Positions 18,872 through 28,251 of a DNA stretch of 64,000 nucleotides are shown here, piece by piece; position 1 is the stretch's first letter, and each line of letters starts with the position of its first letter. Made by a program: the position numbers and the translations under genes. This DNA comes from an uncultured archaeon (GTDB lineage Archaea > Asgardarchaeota > Lokiarchaeia > Sigyniarchaeales > SOKP01). Under the pieces are notes generated by a model that worked only from the letters and a program-made list of their open reading frames with translations, was not told the origin of the DNA and did not search any database. The DNA lies in NCBI GenBank assembly GCA_964486045.1, contig CAZALK010000004.1, positions 128,001 through 192,000 on the forward strand. The letters are read 5' to 3'.

Positions 18872-19807
18872 ATGACCAATATTAATAGAATAATACAGAA
18901 ATTTCGTAATGGGTTAAAACTTCATGGTATTGAGGGTAAAATTGTACATGCTAAACACATTCCCGACTTGAGGAATGACATAAGAAAGCGCCATGAACAG
19001 AATCTTATTTATCCGCAATTATACAAAGATTATAAAGCATATTTTGAGTTTGAGCCGAATGTGGATTTCCCCCAGATTAATTCGCTATTTATTCTTGCGA
19101 TCCCAGTACCACAGTTTAAAGCTATATTTCACTTGAATCAAAAGGAGTTTTCCTTCCTTATTCCTCCAACATATTTATACGAGCTAGATCTTTTTAATCA
19201 GATGAAAGATTTCTTATCTGATATATTAAGTCCTGAAGGATATAATATAGCTTACGCCCAGTTACCTCAAAAAACCCTAGCCGTGCGATGTGGATTAGCA
19301 GAATACGGGAGAAACAATATTACCTACGTTTCAGGAATGGGAAGTTTCCACCGTTTAGCAACATTTTATTCGGACTTTCCAGTTGAACAAGACAATTGGC
19401 AAGATCTTCGGATGATGGATCTATGCAAAGAATGTTCTGCTTGTATTCGTAAATGTCCTACAGGTGCAATTCCTACAGATCGATTTCTTCTTCGTGCTGG
19501 TAGATGCCTAACTTTTCATAATGAGCAACCAAGAGATATTCCCTTTCCAGAGTGGATAGACCTTACATGGCATAATTGTTTAGTCGGTTGCCTACATTGT
19601 CAAAAAATATGCCCTGCTAATAAAAAAGTTAAAGATTGGACTGAACTGGGGCCAGAGTTTACGGAAGAAGAGACTAAATTGCTTTTAAATAGGAAAAAGC
19701 TCGATCATTTACCCGAAGAATTAAAGAAAAAACTTGAAAAGTGTAATTTAGATTATTACCTAGAGGTTTTTCCACGAAATTTAGGTGTATTTTTAGGAAA
19801 AATTTAA
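18872..19807 (+). CDS. QueG/reductive-dehalogenase-like 2x[4Fe-4S] protein
   Basis: KTLAVRCGLAEYGRNN, CKECSACIRKCPTGAI, RCLT, GCLHCQKICP. Confidence 0.85.
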   Translation: MTNINRIIQKFRNGLKLHGIEGKIVHAKHIPDLRNDIRKRHEQNLIYPQLYKDYKAYFEFEPNVDFPQINSLFILAIPVPQFKAIFHLNQKEFSFLIPPTYLYELDLFNQMKDFLSDILSPEGYNIAYAQLPQKTLAVRCGLAEYGRNNITYVSGMGSFHRLATFYSDFPVEQDNWQDLRMMDLCKECSACIRKCPTGAIPTDRFLLRAGRCLTFHNEQPRDIPFPEWIDLTWHNCLVGCLHCQKICPANKKVKDWTELGPEFTEEETKLLLNRKKLDHLPEELKKKLEKCNLDYYLEVFPRNLGVFLGKI

Positions 19808-19908
19808 CAGTAATTATTTATGTAAAACTATTTAGGATTTACTATTTTCGTCTAATCTAATAATGTACGATCAAAAATTTTATTAGAATAACAACTTTCT
19901 TAATCTAA

Positions 19909-20544
19909 ATGAGTCTAAAAATCTTAGGAGTATCAGGCAGCCCTGTGCAAGATAGTAATACAGATCGAGCTGTTAAAGCCGTTCTTAAAGCTAGTGAACT
20001 TGAATCTGAATTTGTGAAACTGAGTGATATCACTGTCAGACCATGTCGAGCATGTAAATGCTGTGTAGAGGATAACATTTGTAAACAAGAGGATGATTTT
20101 CCTGTTCTTGCCAGTAAAGTTCTTGAAGCAAGTGCTCTTGTGATTGGTGCATATTGTCCTTATAGGTCGCTTGATGCCAGCACAAAAGCTTTTTTGGAAC
20201 GTTTATGGTCAATGCGACACCAAAGAAATCTCAATGAAGGTATGCAGGTTGTCATAGTGGTGACTGGTGTTATACCCCCGATTGCCAAAATAGTGAGTGA
20301 TACAATTGCACATGAGATGAGAATGGAAAACATGGAGGTTATCGAGACTATACTGATTAGAGGAAATGTCCCATGTTTAACTTGTGGAAGAGGAAGCGAG
20401 TGTAAAATGAGTGGAGTTCCGTTATTATTTGGTAAAGGTACTAAAGCTTCAAGCGACCTTTGCATTCGTGTTGAAGACCAAGATAAAGTTCAAAAACAAA
20501 TTATTCAAGTGGGAAAAATGCTCCAAGAGCGTCTTTCGGAATAA
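19909..20544 (+). CDS. Iron-sulfur flavoprotein / NADPH-dependent FMN reductase family
   Basis: GVSGSP..SNT, CRACKCC..C; extra C-terminal CLTCGRGSEC. Confidence 0.87.
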   Translation: MSLKILGVSGSPVQDSNTDRAVKAVLKASELESEFVKLSDITVRPCRACKCCVEDNICKQEDDFPVLASKVLEASALVIGAYCPYRSLDASTKAFLERLWSMRHQRNLNEGMQVVIVVTGVIPPIAKIVSDTIAHEMRMENMEVIETILIRGNVPCLTCGRGSECKMSGVPLLFGKGTKASSDLCIRVEDQDKVQKQIIQVGKMLQERLSE

Positions 20545-20623
20545 AATATCATAAGTTTTATTAATTTTAAATCTCTAATTTTCTAAGTTCGGAAATTTGT
20601 AAAAATCATTAAAAAAAAATAAT

Positions 20624-21772
20624 TTGGTGATAAAAATAGGCTTAAAGAATCTTTTTAGTCCGGAGTATATAGGTAACGTTAAAATAAGCAATAGAATTGT
20701 TCGGACGGCAACGTATATGGCAGGAGCTACAGAAAAAGGATATGTCACGGATGATTTAGTTAAAATTTATGATATATTAGCAGGTGGGGGGATAGGTTTA
20801 ATTATTTCTGGCTATATTGCTGTGCATCCAACTGGGTCGGCTACACATAGAATGGCATGTTTTTTTGATAAATCTTATAGTGCTGGACAAAAAAGATTAG
20901 TTGGTGCCGTTCATGAGCATTCAGAGGTTAAATTTTGTGCTCAGATAGCACACACAGGCAGTCAAGTATACAATCCTGTTCATGAACCTATAGGACCTTC
21001 ACAGATGATTAATCCAATTACTAAAAGAACGGTTCGAAAGTTGACCATAAAAGAGATTGAAGAGATAATCAAGAGCTTTATCTCCGCTGGGATTGGTTTG
21101 TTCGAGTGTGGTTATGACATGATTCAACTCCACGGAGGTCATGGATATTTGTTAAGCGATTTTATCTCACCTTTTACTAATCAGCGCACAGATAACTACG
21201 GTGGAAGTATCGACAATAGAATTAGAATCATTAAAGAAATCCTTAAAGGGCTTAAAGATGCTCTTGGAAAAACTTTCCCTATTCTCATAAAATTAAACAC
21301 CATGGATTTTCTTGGGAAAGAGAAGGGACTTCAATTTAGCGAAGGAAAACAAGTAACAAAAGAAATAGTTAATATGGGGTTCGATTCCGTTGAACCTACT
21401 TCTGGACGAACAAGTTTGAAATATAGTAATAATAAAACCTATCCTTCAGCGATGATAAAATCTCCGGATGAGGAGAATTTCTTTCTTCCTTATGTGAGGG
21501 AATTAAAACTGTTAATGGACAATTGTAAAATGATACTTATGGGAGGTATCCGGAATCCTTTAAGAGCTGAAGAATTCTTACAGGAGAAATTTACTGATTT
21601 TGTATCTCTTTGTAGACCACTGATATATGAACCAAATCTTCCAAATCGATGGAAAAATGGCGATCACTCACCTGCGTTATGTAATAGTTGTAATGCTTGC
21701 CTAGGGACAGGATCTCGAGGTTACTTTTACTGTCCAGTAAAGGAAAAAAAAGAAAAGAAAGCAAATTCGTAA
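20624..21772 (+). CDS. NADH:flavin oxidoreductase (Old Yellow Enzyme family)
   Basis: NRIV, QIAHTG, HGGHGYLLSDFISP..NQRTDNYGGS..NR, CNSCNAC. Confidence 0.92.
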   Translation: MVIKIGLKNLFSPEYIGNVKISNRIVRTATYMAGATEKGYVTDDLVKIYDILAGGGIGLIISGYIAVHPTGSATHRMACFFDKSYSAGQKRLVGAVHEHSEVKFCAQIAHTGSQVYNPVHEPIGPSQMINPITKRTVRKLTIKEIEEIIKSFISAGIGLFECGYDMIQLHGGHGYLLSDFISPFTNQRTDNYGGSIDNRIRIIKEILKGLKDALGKTFPILIKLNTMDFLGKEKGLQFSEGKQVTKEIVNMGFDSVEPTSGRTSLKYSNNKTYPSAMIKSPDEENFFLPYVRELKLLMDNCKMILMGGIRNPLRAEEFLQEKFTDFVSLCRPLIYEPNLPNRWKNGDHSPALCNSCNACLGTGSRGYFYCPVKEKKEKKANS

Positions 21773-21894
21773 AAGTGATCATTTCAGCCTTCTTAACATG
21801 TCACTAACTTTCTAAAATTCTTCTAAACGCACGCTTCATGACCATTTTCCAATTAAAAAAAAAGAAAAAATAATCTTTAATTTAGGAAAGAATC

Positions 21895-22554
21895 TTATTT
21901 AATTTTTGATTCTTCTTCGATATTAATAGCCTCAGCTTTGTCTTTTACACTTGTAATAGAGTCAAGTACTTTCTGATGATAAGAAGATTCTACATCAACA
22001 ATTGTATTGAGAATATTTTGCATCGTTTCTAGTTTAGCTTTATTGAATTCTTCGGTCGCCATTTTCACATCATTTTTTTCCTTCTTGGATATTTCGAGGG
22101 CTGCTTTCAATTTACTTTCTGCGTTTTCTAACTCATTTGGTTTTAGCTTTTCCACTTGTTTATTTTTTACTTTATTAAGTTGTTTTTCTGCTTTCTCTTC
22201 TAATTTTACCGCTTTTTTTGCTTCTCCTTGCTCCGTTTGAAGTTTTCGTAAGTTGATCACCAGTTCATCTAAGGGTGAGATAAATTCAACTCGAAGTTTA
22301 TTAACTTTATCTAATCTTTCTTTTTCGATAATTTCAAAAGTATTTGCCAATGAATTAATTGCTTTTCCCAGAGAAGGAGTTTCAGATTCGGCATAACTTT
22401 TAAGTGCATTAAAAGTTTCTTTGACTGATTTAGAGGTATTTTCTTCAGCGTTTATATAACGATTAGTTTCCCTGATAATTTCACTGATTTTATTGTTAGC
22501 GATTCCCAGGGTATTTGAAACATTATCTAAAAACTTTTTAAACATTTTTTCCAC
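21895..22554 (-). CDS. BAR-domain protein, FAM92/CIBAR-like (eukaryotic signature protein)
   Basis: All-helical coiled coil; YAESETPSL, FISPL, AESKL, FNKAKLETMQNIL..ESSYHQKVL match the pattern recalled for FAM92 BAR domains. Confidence 0.75.
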   Translation of the reverse strand: MEKMFKKFLDNVSNTLGIANNKISEIIRETNRYINAEENTSKSVKETFNALKSYAESETPSLGKAINSLANTFEIIEKERLDKVNKLRVEFISPLDELVINLRKLQTEQGEAKKAVKLEEKAEKQLNKVKNKQVEKLKPNELENAESKLKAALEISKKEKNDVKMATEEFNKAKLETMQNILNTIVDVESSYHQKVLDSITSVKDKAEAINIEEESKIK

Positions 22555-22755
22555 TTTGGTTTGAATTTCCTATATACTAGATAAACAAACCATAATTCTT
22601 TTGATATTTAAATCCTTGCTAGATATACCCTATTCTATCTCTTCGTGAGAAAATTAATAGGAGCCTTCTCATAGAAATTATATTGAGTAGCTATGTTCTC
22701 AAATATATGGTTTTAGAAATAAAAAATACCAATTCTAAGAAAACTAAATTGTGTG

Positions 22756-23670
22756 CTATTTACTCATTTCCCAGAAATAATCATTCCCTGCTTTTATTGA
22801 TCTAACGCTTTTCAACTTGTTCAAGTATTCATAAGTTGTGAATCTTTCTATATCCAGTAAAGTTGCCACTTCTTGAGTAGAGACCTTATCAAACTCCTTT
22901 ATGAACCTAAGAATGTCTACTTCTTTTAATTGGTATGTATCTTTTTTTAGTGAATCATTAGTCAGTTTTTTGAATAAAATTTCAAAATTTTGATATTGCT
23001 GCCATCCACGTAGGAACATTCCTTTTCCATCCCGATTTTTTACATAAAACGTTGGGAATCCATGGATTCCGAAACTCCTACTGAGTTTTATATCCTCAAG
23101 AAATTTTTTTTCGGCTTCCCCACTTTCAATATCATTAATAAATTTTTCCTTATCTAAGCCAATATTTTCTGCCAATTCCAGTTGGACGTCGATCTTATGA
23201 ATGAATCTTTTTTCTGCTGATGTAGCTTCTCTCAATCTCCTAAGATACTTATCAGCTAGGACCTCATTCTGCATTTGAGCTGCTTTATAGGCAATGCTTG
23301 CAGGATAAGTTGAGTGGAAATCTCCCTTTAGATCAAAAATGAGTTGATTATCTACGGGTTGACCATGTCTTCCAGATGCTTCCGCCCAATGAGCAGCACC
23401 TTGTTCGAACTTTTTAGGCCCACCTATGTTATTGTGTGAGTCGTAAAATGTATCAAAATTTTCAACTAAACCTCCCATTACGAATGAAATCTTGACCTGT
23501 TCACCATAGATAGCTTTAATTTTCCTCATAATCGGTTCGGATCCCCAACACCATGTACAATAAGGATCTGTATACTGAGTTATTTCAATTAACCAATTAT
23601 CACTCTTTTTACTAATATTCTCTTCCATATTTTCAATTTCTGTTGTTTTTTCCATTTCCAAATTTTTCAC
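22756..23670 (-). CDS. DsbA/FrnE-like thioredoxin-fold protein (YjbH/SpxH-like)
   Basis: YTDPYCTWCWG, STYPASIAYKAA, GIHGFPT. Confidence 0.88.
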   Translation of the reverse strand: MKNLEMEKTTEIENMEENISKKSDNWLIEITQYTDPYCTWCWGSEPIMRKIKAIYGEQVKISFVMGGLVENFDTFYDSHNNIGGPKKFEQGAAHWAEASGRHGQPVDNQLIFDLKGDFHSTYPASIAYKAAQMQNEVLADKYLRRLREATSAEKRFIHKIDVQLELAENIGLDKEKFINDIESGEAEKKFLEDIKLSRSFGIHGFPTFYVKNRDGKGMFLRGWQQYQNFEILFKKLTNDSLKKDTYQLKEVDILRFIKEFDKVSTQEVATLLDIERFTTYEYLNKLKSVRSIKAGNDYFWEMSK

Positions 23671-23774
23671 CTCAATAATAACCTTTTTATATTCTTAATG
23701 GTATATAATATATAGTAAGTAATAAAAGTATATAAATCAGTCAGTATCCCTTAGTATAGTAATAAAGTATATCT

Positions 23775-24143
23775 TTGTATAGTGATGAAAAAATGGAAAA
23801 AATCGATAATTCCCAATGTTATGTGGAGGATGTAATAACTTTTCTCAGTAAAAAATGGGCTTTATTAATATTACGTTATCTACTTGAAGGAGAAACACTT
23901 CGATTTAATGAATTATTAAAGAGTATTGGACAAATTAGTCCAAGATCCCTATCTCAACGATTAAAAGAATTGGTTGAGTTGAAGATAATAAAGAAGCAGC
24001 AATATAATGAGATTCCCCCAAGAGTAGAATATTCATTAACTAAGAGTGGTGAGGATTTGGCCAAATGCTTCGAGGCTTTGGAAGAATGGGGTATTAAATG
24101 GGGAAAAAGTACTTTTCCTAGAGTTTTAAAAATTTTAAAATAA
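23775..24143 (+). CDS. HxlR-family winged-helix transcriptional regulator
   Basis: N-terminal Cys (QCYVE), KKWALLIL, RFNEL, LSQRLKEL, PPRVEYSLT; divergent from the DsbA-like gene; start may be ATG 23793. Confidence 0.92.
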   Translation: MYSDEKMEKIDNSQCYVEDVITFLSKKWALLILRYLLEGETLRFNELLKSIGQISPRSLSQRLKELVELKIIKKQQYNEIPPRVEYSLTKSGEDLAKCFEALEEWGIKWGKSTFPRVLKILK

Positions 24144-24251
24144 TCATCAAAACGATTTTGATCTTTTATATTGAATTAACCACAATTATACTATTAGAAA
24201 TAACCTAAAAGGATCAAATCTTTTTTATATTCGGATGTTTTATGATACTTT

Positions 24252-25409
24252 ATGAGCCTAATAAACATTTTCATTGAAATCCATCTTAAACTTAAACAAT
24301 ACAAGTTGCAATTTATATTCTTCTTCTTATTTTGGTTTGGTGGTTTTTTATTTTTTCTGATTAGTGAACCCTTGGATAGTTTTAGTGAAATAGCCCTATA
24401 TTCCCTAACTATTCGTTCTCCGGCGGGCGCTGGAGATTTTGCTAATTTATATGCCTTAGTTTGGCCTATACTGTTGGAAGTTATTTTTTTCGGCTTTATT
24501 ATGGGGGAATTATTACAGAAGTATAATCCGGTTATTACCAGTAGAATACTCGCTCAACACCAAAGGAATCATACTGTAGTTATAGGGTATCACCATCTAT
24601 CTGAGAGAATTATTGAGTATTGCATCGAAAAAAAAGAACCCTTCTGCCTTTTAGAGGACGATCGAGAATTAGTAGAAGATTTAATCAATACAAACTCTCC
24701 GGTAGTAGTTGGGGACCCCACTGAAACATCAAGCCTCTTATTTGGGAATATTAAACGCGCTAAAGAAATTTTTATCACCATAGACGATGTTAGAATTGTA
24801 ATAATTTGTACAGAAAAAATTCGCAACCTTAATCCGGATTGCCCAATTTATGTTAGGGCATTTGAAGATCATGTACAAGAATATCTCAAACAAGCCCCGT
24901 TAAATGCATTCTCGTTCTCAACATCAAAATGGGCGATGGATGGTATTCGTAAGTGGGTTAAAGGAAAAGAAGGCAAAGCAATTGTGGTAGGTCGGGATAA
25001 CTTAACTCATCGAATTGCTTATCATATCTCTTTGCAACCAGAACGTGAGGTCTATCTTTTTGATGATGAACATGATGGTGTCGAATTTCCACAAAATTCA
25101 CGATTACATATCATAAATGAGTTCGCTTGCTTTTTAAGTGATTTTCAAATCCACGTGAACTTAGAAGAGGTTACACAATTATTTATTTGTTGGAAACGAG
25201 AGGCTGAGTTCGATGAATCTATTTACCTTACATCAAAAATTAATTTACTACATCCGCATATTAAGGTATATGTACGCATTTTTGATGAAGAACTCATCGA
25301 TATAGTTGAAAAAAATAACGCAAAAACTTTCTCATCCTCAAGTAAAGCATTTAAAATGCTCCAAAAAGAAGTAACTAGGGATTCTGCAATTGCCATTAGA
25401 GATAACTAA
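24252..25409 (+). CDS. Membrane protein with two TrkA-N/RCK domains (K+ channel-like)
   Basis: Two N-terminal TMs, NHTVVIGYHHL..VVGDPT and a second Rossmann AIVVGRD. Confidence 0.8.
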   Translation: MSLINIFIEIHLKLKQYKLQFIFFFLFWFGGFLFFLISEPLDSFSEIALYSLTIRSPAGAGDFANLYALVWPILLEVIFFGFIMGELLQKYNPVITSRILAQHQRNHTVVIGYHHLSERIIEYCIEKKEPFCLLEDDRELVEDLINTNSPVVVGDPTETSSLLFGNIKRAKEIFITIDDVRIVIICTEKIRNLNPDCPIYVRAFEDHVQEYLKQAPLNAFSFSTSKWAMDGIRKWVKGKEGKAIVVGRDNLTHRIAYHISLQPEREVYLFDDEHDGVEFPQNSRLHIINEFACFLSDFQIHVNLEEVTQLFICWKREAEFDESIYLTSKINLLHPHIKVYVRIFDEELIDIVEKNNAKTFSSSSKAFKMLQKEVTRDSAIAIRDN

Positions 25410-25484
25410 TTGATGTTCTAATACCGATTTAAGGTTTCTTAGTCATGAAATAAAAAAGGAAATAAAAAAAATTTTATAATTAGT

Positions 25485-26537
25485 CTAATTTAGGAAACCA
25501 GATATAGCTTTAATTCGTTTTTCTGCTTTTTTAACGATATTTTCTATAAGATCAGGTACACTTTCAAGGCTATTGATAATCCCAATACTTTGCCCTACAA
25601 GAACGGCTCCATCCTCTACATTACCATTGTAAGCGAGTTCATATTTTTTTGCTTGTTCTAGCGCTTGTACGGGAGATGTTTGTGATTCTTGAGCCATTTT
25701 TTCTTCTTTACTCGAAATAAGTTCTCGAGATAAAGAATATTTGTTTTTCCAGAGTCGAATTGGTCCAAATCCTCCGGTCACTAAAACGGTATCTTGAGCT
25801 TTAGCAGGTGGAATTATATTCTTTATTGCTTGATTGAATTCACTCTCTTTCGATGCGATAAACCTTGAACCCATAACCATCGCTCCAGCGCCCATAGCTA
25901 AAGCTGCTGCGAGTGCTTGACCTGTAGCATACCCTCCACATGCCGCAATAGGCATATCTGGGTATTTTTCAGTGACTTGTTGTAGCAAGACTAAAGAGCT
26001 AACTTTCTCATATGATTGGTGTCCTCCACCTTCATTACCAGTTACTACCAACCCATCGACATTTGAAGCAATACATTTATCTGCAAGCCATAATGCTGGC
26101 GCAACATGAAAATGTTTAATATTTGATCCACTTTCCCTCAATTTTTTGAAAGATTGAGTTTGGGGAAGCATTTTTGAAGATCCTGCGCTTGTTAGAGCAT
26201 ACACGCATTGTTCTTTTATTTTAGGATTCGACATAATAAATTCTGGGATTTCTTTACATAAAGGCAAAGCAGAAGGGGCTGTTCTTGATGCCAGGATGTT
26301 AAATCCAAACGGTTTATCGGTATGTTCTACAACAAATTCCATATTTTTTTTCATCGTATCAACAGGAGTTATTCCTGCCTGATATTCACTGATTAATCCC
26401 GTATTACTCAATACTCCAAGACCACCAGCTTCAGAGACGGCAACTGTTAAATCTTTAGTATAAAAGGGTCCCATGGGCGCAGAAAATATGGGATGCTTAA
26501 TACCAAACATCTCAGTAATATTTGTTTTAATTACCAT
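25485..26537 (-). CDS. Nitronate monooxygenase / FabK-like flavoprotein
   Basis: GIKHPIFSAPM, AVSEAGGLG, GNEGGGH, AACGG, MGSRF. Confidence 0.9.
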   Translation of the reverse strand: MVIKTNITEMFGIKHPIFSAPMGPFYTKDLTVAVSEAGGLGVLSNTGLISEYQAGITPVDTMKKNMEFVVEHTDKPFGFNILASRTAPSALPLCKEIPEFIMSNPKIKEQCVYALTSAGSSKMLPQTQSFKKLRESGSNIKHFHVAPALWLADKCIASNVDGLVVTGNEGGGHQSYEKVSSLVLLQQVTEKYPDMPIAACGGYATGQALAAALAMGAGAMVMGSRFIASKESEFNQAIKNIIPPAKAQDTVLVTGGFGPIRLWKNKYSLSRELISSKEEKMAQESQTSPVQALEQAKKYELAYNGNVEDGAVLVGQSIGIINSLESVPDLIENIVKKAEKRIKAISGFLN

Positions 26538-26628
26538 ATCATATCATTTTAGATTTTAATTTTTATTTAACCTTTAATTTTAATGACTTAATTAATTAAA
26601 ATAATAATTTTAAATTATTGTCTATTAG

Positions 26629-28212
26629 GTGCTGAAAATTAGCGAAAAATTGAATTTTTTATTTATATTTACAGACCAGCAGAGATCCGATCATTTAAGT
26701 TGTTACAATAACAACATGGTTTTAAAAACACCCAACATCGATAGTATAGCTAAAGAAGGAATTAAGTTTACAAACTTCTACTGTAACAACCCAATATGTA
26801 TGCCTAATAGAAGTACAATCTTTACTGGTCAATATCCGTCAGTTCATGGAGTCACCACCAATGGAAGGAACTTACCAAAACATGCGAAAACCTTTGTCAA
26901 TATACTCTTAGAATCAGGACTTTATCACACAGCAAGTTTTGGTAAGATTCATTTGAATTACTTTGGAGCACCCTCCGGAAAATATGAAACTCCGGTTGAA
27001 AGTCAAGAATATGCTCAATCAAAAGACTACCCTAAATTAAGTAATTATTCTCCCTATTTTGGATTAAAGGAAGTTAAACTTGTTTCAGGGCATGGAACTT
27101 TTTGTGGACATCCTGATTATATCAACTGGGTAAAATCAAAAATAAAAGAGAATCCTATATTAGCGAAGCCTCTTCGGATAAAACAAAGTAACACCGATGA
27201 AATAATACAAACTAAACTTGCTATAAGTTTTGATACGAGGGATCCTTTAGGTAAGATCCAAGTTCTTAAAAATAAAGTACCAGATGAACTCTATTCGACT
27301 ACTTTTGTGAAAGAACACACAATCAACTTCTTTAAAAGATTTGCGGATGGTCAATATTCAAAGCAAAATTTTTTCGTTTTCTGTTCTTTTCCTGATCCAC
27401 ACCATCCTTATACTCCCCCAGGGAAATATTTTGATATGTACAAACCCGAAGATGTAGTTTTACCTGAATCTTTTAACGATAATCATCAGAATAGTTCAGC
27501 ATTTAATAGAAAACACTTTAATGAGTTACTAAAAAGCGAAGGTACAGAAAAAAAGATCTTCCCGATTCCTAAAGATTTGACAGAAGAAGAAGCTAAACGT
27601 GTAATTGCAGCTTCATACGGAATGGAAAAAATGATAGATGATGCGATTGGTGAAATTCTAAATTGTTTAGAAGAATGTGGTTTAGCTGATAACACAGTTA
27701 TCATTTACACTTCTGATCACGGTGACTTAGGAGGTGATCATCGGTTCTTTTTTAAGGGTCCGTTTTTATATCAAGGATTAATTAGAATTCCCTTTCTAAT
27801 TAAAGTCCCAAACGGTATTAAGGGCCAAGTTAGTGATTCATTAGTAAGCTCGATTGATATTCCTGAAACAATTTTAGAATTAAGCGGATTTAGTATTCCA
27901 AGCACCATGCAAGGAAGGAGTATGCTTCCGATCTTAAATAATTCCGCAGAAAAAATTAATGAAGAGATCTTAATAGAGATGGACGATGATCATAACAATG
28001 AAAAAACTAGAACATTAATTACTGATCATTGGAGAATTACAGTTTTTCGTAATCACGGAGAATTATATAATTTAAAGGAAGATCCCGACGAGATGAATAA
28101 TTTATGGAATAATCACTCATTTAATGGAAAAAAGCATCATCTCCTTGTAAGACTCTTGAGAAGATGTATTAATACTCAAAATTTTTCAGTAAATAGAGAT
28201 TGTGGATATTAA
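26629..28212 (+). CDS. Sulfatase (formylglycine-dependent, Cys type)
   Basis: FTDQQR, CMPNRSTIFTG (CxPxR), GKIH, PDPHHP, SDHG, DPDEMNNL. Confidence 0.93.
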   Translation: MLKISEKLNFLFIFTDQQRSDHLSCYNNNMVLKTPNIDSIAKEGIKFTNFYCNNPICMPNRSTIFTGQYPSVHGVTTNGRNLPKHAKTFVNILLESGLYHTASFGKIHLNYFGAPSGKYETPVESQEYAQSKDYPKLSNYSPYFGLKEVKLVSGHGTFCGHPDYINWVKSKIKENPILAKPLRIKQSNTDEIIQTKLAISFDTRDPLGKIQVLKNKVPDELYSTTFVKEHTINFFKRFADGQYSKQNFFVFCSFPDPHHPYTPPGKYFDMYKPEDVVLPESFNDNHQNSSAFNRKHFNELLKSEGTEKKIFPIPKDLTEEEAKRVIAASYGMEKMIDDAIGEILNCLEECGLADNTVIIYTSDHGDLGGDHRFFFKGPFLYQGLIRIPFLIKVPNGIKGQVSDSLVSSIDIPETILELSGFSIPSTMQGRSMLPILNNSAEKINEEILIEMDDDHNNEKTRTLITDHWRITVFRNHGELYNLKEDPDEMNNLWNNHSFNGKKHHLLVRLLRRCINTQNFSVNRDCGY

Positions 28213-28251
28213 TAAAAAATTAATAAAAGTTGGAGAATTGATTTAAACACA

